Positions 56,878 to 64,000 of a stretch of DNA of 64,000 nt are shown one piece after another. The notes beneath the pieces are model-generated. The model was not told where the DNA came from and did no database searches. It was given only the letters and a program-made list of their open reading frames with translations. Position numbers and translations under genes: made by a program. The stretch is from a phage. How positions within the stretch are numbered: position 1 is the stretch's first letter; each line of letters starts with the position of its first letter. The stretch lies in NCBI GenBank assembly GCA_025812035.1, contig GCA_025812035.1_4719.1; one strand, 5' to 3'.

Positions 56878-58368
56878 TTATTTTTTGCTTGGACGATTTA
56901 ATGCGGGTACCGGGTTCTTTGGTTGCTTTGTCTTTTCATCCATCCAGTACGGGAAGTACTCGCCGGTACGCATACGCAATAAGTCCATTGTGGACAGGAA
57001 CGGTAGCGGGTTAGGATCATCCAGATACGTCCAGTAACCTCGCGTGTTTAACAATACATCCCAATCGAAACCTTTTGCTTTAAGATCGTCGTACAGTTCC
57101 TGTGGGGTGCAATACAATTGTGGATTTTCGTAAACCTCTTGACGCCAGAGATTATGCATCTGACACAGCTCCGACGTAATTTCCAGCGCACGCTGTAAAT
57201 ATTCATCTTCTTCACAGAGAGAACGAATGGTCGTGCGTTGTAATGCAACATCAGGATAAATATCCAAATATACCGTCGAAGCACCATCAGCTGACTTACC
57301 ACCTGACGCATGCATGCCCCAACCGCGCATCCAATCTTTATCACGCAGGTAGTGGTATTCCGTTAACGACGGTTTAACCCCTTCGCTCTGACTAACCACA
57401 ATCGGGAACGGTAAGCCAGTAGGTCCGTTTTTAGCACGCATGTTGAAGACTTGAATCATCTGTAGGTCGGTATCGCCGATAAGGTTGTCACCAGGTCCGC
57501 GTGGATAAAGGACGCGTTTATCAGCGTTCTGAAGAATCGTCAGTTTATCGATTTTCCAGAGGTTGTTCGTATAAAACGTGAAACGTTCAGGGACGTTCTT
57601 AAACTTCTCATCACCCTTAAACCCTTTCAGTTTTCGTACCGGTTGCTGTCCTGGCATACCGCCAACGTTTACACCATCACCAAGGTGGGCAGTCATGGTG
57701 ATGTAGATACCCGCCGATGCTGTGAGTACTGGCATCTGTGATAGAATCTGGCTTTTCGCTGCCGCCGAACGCATCGCTTCAGCATTCAGTTTCGCACCAC
57801 CTGCGGTCTCTTTATCGAACAATGCATCAACGGCATCGATCGGTAATCCAGAGAAACTGTCGATGAGTACAACCGTAGGTAACCACCAGGTATAGTTCTC
57901 ACCATGTTTATTAATAAACGGAACGGCTTTGCGTTGCGATTTATCTTTGACCTTGTCGTCACGGAATTTCTTAATCGCGTCAAACCAAATGTTACCACTC
58001 ATTTGAACAGCGTCGGTGATAAACACGCGTTCTTCTTCGAACAGATCAACGCCAGCGATATTAGACATATTCATCGCAAGCGTTAAGATACGTGTCGTCG
58101 TTAATGACATTTCTGTGTCGTAAACGCTGCTATTACTGTTCGCGTAACGATCGATAACACGTAACAAGCGAAACATTATGAACGTGGTTTTGTTCATGTT
58201 GCCGCGAGCGCCTGCGCCCTCAACGAGCATCATGCCGCCATTACAAATGCTTTCGCCGTGTTTACCAACATAGTACCGACCACCAGATGTGGGAATATCC
58301 ATTAAGCAACCAATGTTGAGATTAAAACGCATCTCTTCACCGGGAGAAAGGTACTTATTAAGATTCAT
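56878..58368 (-). CDS. putative RecA/UvsX-like ATPase
   Basis: 496 aa; GAGARGNMNKTTF (deviant Walker A), VVLIDSFSGL (Walker B-like) and AEAMRSAAAKSQIL resembling RecA ARMMSQAMRKL; GAAGGAG RBS. Confidence 0.4.
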   Translation of the reverse strand: MNLNKYLSPGEEMRFNLNIGCLMDIPTSGGRYYVGKHGESICNGGMMLVEGAGARGNMNKTTFIMFRLLRVIDRYANSNSSVYDTEMSLTTTRILTLAMNMSNIAGVDLFEEERVFITDAVQMSGNIWFDAIKKFRDDKVKDKSQRKAVPFINKHGENYTWWLPTVVLIDSFSGLPIDAVDALFDKETAGGAKLNAEAMRSAAAKSQILSQMPVLTASAGIYITMTAHLGDGVNVGGMPGQQPVRKLKGFKGDEKFKNVPERFTFYTNNLWKIDKLTILQNADKRVLYPRGPGDNLIGDTDLQMIQVFNMRAKNGPTGLPFPIVVSQSEGVKPSLTEYHYLRDKDWMRGWGMHASGGKSADGASTVYLDIYPDVALQRTTIRSLCEEDEYLQRALEITSELCQMHNLWRQEVYENPQLYCTPQELYDDLKAKGFDWDVLLNTRGYWTYLDDPNPLPFLSTMDLLRMRTGEYFPYWMDEKTKQPKNPVPALNRPSKK

Positions 58369-58466
58369 TGGGTAAAAACTCCTTCGATTCTTCGACTAAT
58401 TCTTAGTGTTCAGAGAATAACTATTTTTAGTTAAGACTGACAACCGCTATTTCCACGAGGACAATC

Positions 58467-59309
58467 ATGCATAAATTTACCATTCCTGAAGACCCGATTA
58501 CACTGCAGACCCTTTGGGATTCACATCGTGCTTTATCAATGGAAGGCTTTGCACAAGACTTCGCTTCACTTACCGCAGTAACGAATCTTCGTAGTATGTT
58601 TACCAACGGCAAGAAGTTCGTTGCTGATTGGCTTAAGAAACGCGATGTAACGGTTTATCCTAAAGTCTTCAATGACCTCGATACTATCTTTAACGACAAC
58701 ACTTACAGCGACCTCATTGGCTATCGTGCTTTTATTCCGAATGGTTTAAATGTACCGATGTCAGATTATGTTGTTGCTTTAACCCAAAGTCTGGATAGTG
58801 TGATTGGTACCATCCTACCCGATTTGGATAAGTTGACCGTAACGTGCGCTAAAGCCGTCAATGACGTTAATTTCCGTCGTAGCAGTGGTATGGCTCAAAC
58901 ATTACCTAAAAACGACCCAGAGAACGTTCTAGAGACGCTGCGAGCGATGTTCAAACGTGGGACGGTAACACAGACCACTGTAGGCCGCGCATATAAGAAC
59001 GAAGACGATATCCGCCAGATCGAAAAAGATCTGGATGCTTCCCGTACCCGTGCGCTTGACGTTAATCCTAAAGACGTGAAGAAAGCAATCGAACGTTTCA
59101 TGGAGGTGGCTGACCGCTTAACCGAAATCCTGGTTCAAGATTACAATGAGGGTGCGGTGAGCAACGCAATGATTCGTGATATTAGCGACGCTATCTACCA
59201 AACAGCCAAGCAGGCTGAACTGTATGCGTTTCTCGTGAACGCTTTGGCTGAAGCGATCATCGCATATAACGACACATGGGACGCCGTTAAAAGGAACGCG
59301 AAAAAATAA
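58467..59309 (+). CDS. hypothetical protein
   Basis: 280 aa, GAGGA RBS, followed by hairpin. Confidence 0.55.
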   Translation: MHKFTIPEDPITLQTLWDSHRALSMEGFAQDFASLTAVTNLRSMFTNGKKFVADWLKKRDVTVYPKVFNDLDTIFNDNTYSDLIGYRAFIPNGLNVPMSDYVVALTQSLDSVIGTILPDLDKLTVTCAKAVNDVNFRRSSGMAQTLPKNDPENVLETLRAMFKRGTVTQTTVGRAYKNEDDIRQIEKDLDASRTRALDVNPKDVKKAIERFMEVADRLTEILVQDYNEGAVSNAMIRDISDAIYQTAKQAELYAFLVNALAEAIIAYNDTWDAVKRNAKK

Positions 59310-59317
59310 CATAATAA

Positions 59318-59354
59318 CCCACCCTACTACCCCGTTAAGGGCGGTAGGGTGGGA
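59318..59354. terminator. bidirectional hairpin CCCACCCTAC...GTAGGGTGGG
   Basis: 10-bp stem with GTTA-type loop region, between convergent genes. Confidence 0.5.
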
Positions 59355-59360
59355 TAAGGT

Positions 59361-59792
59361 TTATTTGCCGTATAGCTGTACCACTCGTTGTGTCGTAGGA
59401 ACGCAGACTCTTACCAGAAGCTTTTTAATCTCCTGACGAATCGTTGCTTTATCATCATAATAAAGCCATGGTGGAACGCGTTGCATTATGCGCTGCACGG
59501 CTTCATCGTAGTTCGTCGTCTCATTAAGTAACGTCTCACTATCCAGATCTTTCCATGCGGTAATACCAAGCCGCGCAGCAAACATCAGCGCTGAAACCGA
59601 CTCAGCTATCTCCAATCGCTCATTCATATCCGCAAGACCTTTTAGCATGATGTAATTATCGTCATGCTGATGTAGGGTCCCAAACAAACTTCCAAAGAGA
59701 AGTATACGTTTAGCTTTTGCGGTTAAGAGGAACGACAGGAGAGCGTGTTTCAACGGTTGTTTCTCACGTTCTACCTGTTCGACCATCACCAT
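59361..59792 (-). CDS. hypothetical protein
   Basis: 143-aa ORF. Confidence 0.45.
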   Translation of the reverse strand: MVMVEQVEREKQPLKHALLSFLLTAKAKRILLFGSLFGTLHQHDDNYIMLKGLADMNERLEIAESVSALMFAARLGITAWKDLDSETLLNETTNYDEAVQRIMQRVPPWLYYDDKATIRQEIKKLLVRVCVPTTQRVVQLYGK

Positions 59793-59795
59793 TGA

Positions 59796-61322
59796 TTACT
59801 CCAACACATAACGTGGGTTACTGTATATGTTAGCCCATATACCAACGTCGTCTCCCGATTCAATAATCACTGCGAAACGAAACGCAATATCAGATTCGCG
59901 ATAAGTTACCGCGTACGCTTTCGTTTCTGGTGATGCTAAATAGCTCAAGTTCAGACGTTGAGGTAGGTCTAACCCCAAGGACATGGTACAAGACGTAACG
60001 CCCTGCTTATCGGGGTTCAGTCTATAATTCACGTCCACCTTCAGACTTTTCGTAACCTGCGTAATCGCACTATGCACTTTGGTAACCGTCTTGCCTTTCT
60101 TATCCTTTTCTGTTTCGAAAAGAACATCGGTAATTTCGGTTACAACCAAACGCGGTGTGGATTCGCGGTTAGCGTCCAGCCATTCATCCAGTAACGTCTT
60201 TAAGAAGTTCAAGGAATCAATAGCGCGCCAAGCAAGGTTAGGCGGATTGCACGCTTCCATTAAAATGGCTGTGTTGGATCCACCTAGCGGAAGATGCACG
60301 CTCTTACCGAGGCCCGTAGGACGCATCGTAAGATCGCACTCACCCTCAAGAATATCGCGATGATGTTGTCGATGATGAAGGTTATCAATGTATGCAATAT
60401 ACACCGACTCCGTTGTCCCATGCTCTAATACCCGAGACGCATGCGTACGCATAATCTCAACAGCGTCATCCGGTTTGCTTAAATAGATAACACTGTACGC
60501 ACTATCACTAATCCTTTTCCCTAACTCAAGACGTCCCTTGTTGTCTTTATCGGTGTTACCACCGAAATAGATGTAGCGACCATCTTTCGCGCGCTCTTGC
60601 TGCTGGTTCGTGGTGAAATAGCAGCGTGAGAACGTAAAGAACGGACTTATTACCGGCTCAGGGTTCCAATACCCCTTGGTCGGAAGTTCGCGACGTATTT
60701 GGGTTCTTACAGCCCAGTCCTGGTTTTGTGACAGATATGTTCCACGCGTTGCCAACATATCCGCACGTTCGTTACCAACATTGCCCTCATGTCCAGGAAC
60801 GTAGCGCAGCGAAATATCGATAGCGTCGCGCTTCGCATCCCTTATTGCGCCATCGAGTTTCCGCCACCGTTCCGCATTCATTAACGGTTTATTGTCGGAT
60901 TTAACCCAGTTGTTCTCTCGCCAGTTAGCAAGATGGTTGGTTGCACCTACAACAACATATTGGCTGTCCGACAACAGCTGGATCCGTTTTGCCCCTTTTG
61001 CTTTTCCAAGTTCAATCGCACGTATCGCAGCATCCAACTCAGCCTGATTGTTTGTTACATTGAAACCCAAAGCCTCTAACTCATCCACGTATTCCTTGGG
61101 TTCGACCAGCACGGCGTCTTTAGGAAAGTCGAGTTTAGGGTCAACGTAACCGTATTGCGTTGGTTTGGGCTTTCCACTTTTTGAGGGTTCCAAGGTACCT
61201 TTTATTTCTTTCACCATATCGTAGGTGTAGCCATGTACGCCATAGCCACCGTACCCACTCGATGTTGGACGGGATCCCCCATCGCAGTAGAAAACGGCAC
61301 CCAGCTCAGTATTTCCTGCCAT
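59796..61322 (-). CDS. RNase H-like protein with ~300-aa C-terminal extension
   Basis: Start trimmed to ATG 61322 (GAGG RBS); RNase HI motifs in order: YCDGGS, NQAELDAAIRA, LSDSQYVV, NHLANWRENNW, VPGHEGNVGNERADMLA. Confidence 0.65.
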   Translation of the reverse strand: MAGNTELGAVFYCDGGSRPTSSGYGGYGVHGYTYDMVKEIKGTLEPSKSGKPKPTQYGYVDPKLDFPKDAVLVEPKEYVDELEALGFNVTNNQAELDAAIRAIELGKAKGAKRIQLLSDSQYVVVGATNHLANWRENNWVKSDNKPLMNAERWRKLDGAIRDAKRDAIDISLRYVPGHEGNVGNERADMLATRGTYLSQNQDWAVRTQIRRELPTKGYWNPEPVISPFFTFSRCYFTTNQQQERAKDGRYIYFGGNTDKDNKGRLELGKRISDSAYSVIYLSKPDDAVEIMRTHASRVLEHGTTESVYIAYIDNLHHRQHHRDILEGECDLTMRPTGLGKSVHLPLGGSNTAILMEACNPPNLAWRAIDSLNFLKTLLDEWLDANRESTPRLVVTEITDVLFETEKDKKGKTVTKVHSAITQVTKSLKVDVNYRLNPDKQGVTSCTMSLGLDLPQRLNLSYLASPETKAYAVTYRESDIAFRFAVIIESGDDVGIWANIYSNPRYVLE

Positions 61323-61372
61323 TGTAAACCTCATTAATCATTGTCCGTATGATAGCCCAAAGTTGTACGGTA

Positions 61373-61924
61373 TTACCGATTACCCTCCGTTGATGCTGAT
61401 TGATTACGATCGACTTTCATTGACCTTAATTTTCCACCGTTAGTTACGCATTGATTACGCTGTTCTACGGAGGTCAGACTATTACAAACATAATAGGTAT
61501 CGATAAAACGATCAACGCGTTCTTGAAACTTCCTCCCACCAACTTGCTCTTTTTCAAAAGTTCGTAACGCTCGATCGACCTCACCTTGGAGAATCCGGTT
61601 CTGCTCAATCATACTGTCGATTAAACGGCCTCGTACTTCGTTCGATGTGTAGAGTTGATGAATCAGTTCTCGGTTGGTGTCTCGCGCATAACGCAATGTT
61701 GTATTTTCCTGACGTAAACTATTCGCCTCAGCCATCAAGGTAATGATTTTTTCGCCAGCAAACAACGTCACGATACCCAGTACGATGAAAAAACCCGTAA
61801 TCAAGAATATCGAGGACTGTCGAGATCCATCTCGACGATAACGTGTGGGTGGTCGCTTACTTCGCCGAAACAACTCGCGAAGAAAAGGGAAAAGCCAGGG
61901 CAACGCCTTGAGTGTAGTAAACAT
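61373..61924 (-). CDS. membrane protein with N-terminal TM helix and helical ectodomain (i-spanin-like?)
   Basis: Start trimmed to ATG 61924 (AAGGACA RBS); hydrophobic IFLITGFFIVLGIVTLFAG after basic stretch; rest helical/charged. Confidence 0.4.
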   Translation of the reverse strand: MFTTLKALPWLFPFLRELFRRSKRPPTRYRRDGSRQSSIFLITGFFIVLGIVTLFAGEKIITLMAEANSLRQENTTLRYARDTNRELIHQLYTSNEVRGRLIDSMIEQNRILQGEVDRALRTFEKEQVGGRKFQERVDRFIDTYYVCNSLTSVEQRNQCVTNGGKLRSMKVDRNQSASTEGNR

Positions 61925-61978
61925 GCGTGTGTCCTTGATAGTATGAAATTTCCAATACAACTTAACCGAGGACGTCGA

Positions 61979-63319
61979 ATGATTAGTATTTTTGGTTTTT
62001 ATACGTACAAAGGGTACGCTAATAACCACCCAAAAACCACGGCGAAATTCGGTGAGTTCAGTCAGCACAGTGCTACGTTCAGTCGCGAGATCGGCATCTA
62101 TACCAACACGGCGTACGAACGTACGACCTTATTAGTGTTGAATGCAGAAAACGAAGCTGGTGAGGCACAAACGCTGAATGACGACACCGCAGGCCGCATT
62201 CTTCAGGTTGGTCAATGGTTACTGGAAAAAGCCTCAGCAGGCGAAATCCAAGATGACCGAGACCAAGTTATTGGCTACCTAAAAGACGACTTCACAACGT
62301 ATTTGGATTCTATCGACATCCCAACACCCACCACCGACGGGAAAGTCTATCTACCGGCGTGGATCAGTTTCAAGATAACAGCCACCGGCGATGTTGTCAA
62401 GATTTGGTTGTCTGATAGCGTATTCCAAAGTCAATATCCAAAATACGAATATGAAGTCGTTCCTCCTGTTCCTAAGGATCAGTTAGACACCTTCTTCGAA
62501 GATCTGGTAACATTAAAGAAACTGGTTGACAGTCGAAGTAGCGAGAAACTGACCGAAGAAATCAATGAGGTGCGCGACCAATTCCCAGACACACAATTGT
62601 GGACGAAAACCTATAAAGCGTACGATTACACCGACGATTCGAAATACATCGATACCGATTGGACGGTGATTATCTACGGTGCAGCAGGTAACAACATTGA
62701 TAATATCAAGGAGTTCCTGCAAAACTGGATTCTTAGCAACAGCACGCACGGACGTCCAGACTGGGAGATCGTTTTACCGGATCTTTTTATTCCGACAGAA
62801 CACATCTTCATCCCAATCTGGAACCGCCACAGTGCTCCAGAGATGACCAATCAGGCACGTATTTATAGTCCTATCTTCGATGATTCGTTGATGGATACCT
62901 ACCTGAAAAACTTTGCTGATGGTTACGGCGCAGTTGCTGAAGTCCGTAAATCGCTTCAAGCCGTGCCAACGTTATGGCGCTCGATCGGTTTCTTAAGTGT
63001 TGGTAACTTACGTAACCGCGACGGTAAACTTAAGTTCTACGACCGCTGGCCGCAATACGCGCTCATCAGCACAACCAGCATTGATATTAACCGTATCGAT
63101 GACGCGACACGTGAATTTATCACCTTCACTTACGAAATGCTGAAACTGGCTGAATCGCTCACCGAAGACGATCCGGTACCGTTGGGCTATAGTCGTGTCA
63201 CACGTGGCAACAACAGCTTCTTAGCAAAAAGCCACAACGATGTTCAGTATCTCTTCTTAACAAAAGAAGCGTTCCTGAAGAAAATGCCGGATGAAGCCGA
63301 CACGCCTGTTGGAGGTTGA
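61979..63319 (+). CDS. hypothetical protein
   Basis: Start trimmed to ATG 61979 (GAGGA RBS 6 nt upstream). Confidence 0.55.
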   Translation: MISIFGFYTYKGYANNHPKTTAKFGEFSQHSATFSREIGIYTNTAYERTTLLVLNAENEAGEAQTLNDDTAGRILQVGQWLLEKASAGEIQDDRDQVIGYLKDDFTTYLDSIDIPTPTTDGKVYLPAWISFKITATGDVVKIWLSDSVFQSQYPKYEYEVVPPVPKDQLDTFFEDLVTLKKLVDSRSSEKLTEEINEVRDQFPDTQLWTKTYKAYDYTDDSKYIDTDWTVIIYGAAGNNIDNIKEFLQNWILSNSTHGRPDWEIVLPDLFIPTEHIFIPIWNRHSAPEMTNQARIYSPIFDDSLMDTYLKNFADGYGAVAEVRKSLQAVPTLWRSIGFLSVGNLRNRDGKLKFYDRWPQYALISTTSIDINRIDDATREFITFTYEMLKLAESLTEDDPVPLGYSRVTRGNNSFLAKSHNDVQYLFLTKEAFLKKMPDEADTPVGG

Positions 63320-63321
63320 TT

Positions 63322-63948
63322 ATGGCTGTAACACGTATGACGCCAAGTCCCGGTGCTGTCGGGGTATTCACAGTATCAGCGCCGTTCTCTGTTGGTGCGT
63401 CAACGCTATATACCGTTACAGCGTTGCGAAGATTCAGTGAAGTCATCGGCAGTGGAATCGATCTATTTACGGAACTGTACGAACCGCTATCGATAGACAA
63501 ATCCACTTTCGAAGCACATCTTGAAGCGAATGCTTATCTCGTCACTTTGCAACCGGATTACGGCGCGCCTGTACTGGTACCTGACACGTATATCACGTCG
63601 TACCCAAAGAACGATTCCTTGCGGTATCGTCGCATTATTCTGGGTATCGATTTCGGACCTCTTCCTCCAGGTCTTGACCTTTCGTATTTAACAACGATAT
63701 TGAAAGGTAAAGCCAGTGATATTCTTGGTGTCGAACCTGAAGTTAAAATAATGGAAATCACTGTCGATGATACCGTTACTCAGGAACAGCACCAGATAAA
63801 CGAAGCTCGTCGTCAGGCTGCGATAAAAGAGCGAGATACCATTTACGCACGCTGTGAAACGCAAGAGAAGCAGATAACGGCTTTGCTTGCAACCCAAAAG
63901 CAACTTATCAAGTTGCTTCAAGACGCCGGTATCAATCCGACACCTTAA
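63322..63948 (+). CDS. hypothetical protein
   Basis: ATG 63322 with GGAGG RBS; followed by hairpin. Confidence 0.5.
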   Translation: MAVTRMTPSPGAVGVFTVSAPFSVGASTLYTVTALRRFSEVIGSGIDLFTELYEPLSIDKSTFEAHLEANAYLVTLQPDYGAPVLVPDTYITSYPKNDSLRYRRIILGIDFGPLPPGLDLSYLTTILKGKASDILGVEPEVKIMEITVDDTVTQEQHQINEARRQAAIKERDTIYARCETQEKQITALLATQKQLIKLLQDAGINPTP

Positions 63949-63954
63949 CATATT

Positions 63955-63986
63955 CCCTCCTCCTTCCCTTACGGGTTGGAGGAGGG
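63955..63986. terminator. hairpin terminator (GTAA-capped family, copy 3, opposite orientation)
   Basis: CCCTCCTCC-TT-CCC-TTAC-GGG-TT-GGAGGAGGG after gene 63322-63948. Confidence 0.45.
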
Positions 63987-64000
63987 TTATGCTGTCAAGC

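Noticed and set aside
1-64000. CRISPR arrays, integrase, transposase, IS elements
   Set aside because: No regularly spaced direct repeats and no recombinase/transposase-like ORFs seen; the repeats present are short regulatory motifs and hairpins.

Overview
The window reads as a densely coding, mostly minus-strand segment of a large phiKZ-like (nucleus-forming, chimallivirus-type) jumbo phage; GC content and codon usage suggest an enterobacterial host, but that is inference. I call about 59 CDSs. Recognisable by motif: a PhuZ-type phage tubulin (9622-10602), a split multisubunit RNA polymerase (beta-prime N-terminal subunit 40329-41975, beta-like subunit 35979-40325, probable beta-prime C-terminal subunit 3079-5232), a ~2221-aa giant protein with a C-terminal GH19 lysozyme-like domain (42218-48883, phiKZ gp181-like), a large terminase (18303-20534), an RNase H with a long C-terminal extension (59796-61322) and a RecA-like ATPase (56878-58368). 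Sheath/tube (25987-28965) and chimallin/capsid (1-1665, partial) assignments are context-based guesses. Most other ORFs are hypothetical. No rRNA, tRNA, CRISPR array, integrase or transposase was seen. The intergenic DNA carries several conserved motif families: an AGGTAATATA...TTTTTT early-promoter-like element (4 copies), a hairpin-plus-TATGCCGT terminator/promoter module (5 copies), three near-identical GTAA-capped hairpins, and several perfect palindromes. All calls are from reading sequence and translations by eye; no database search or computation was run.
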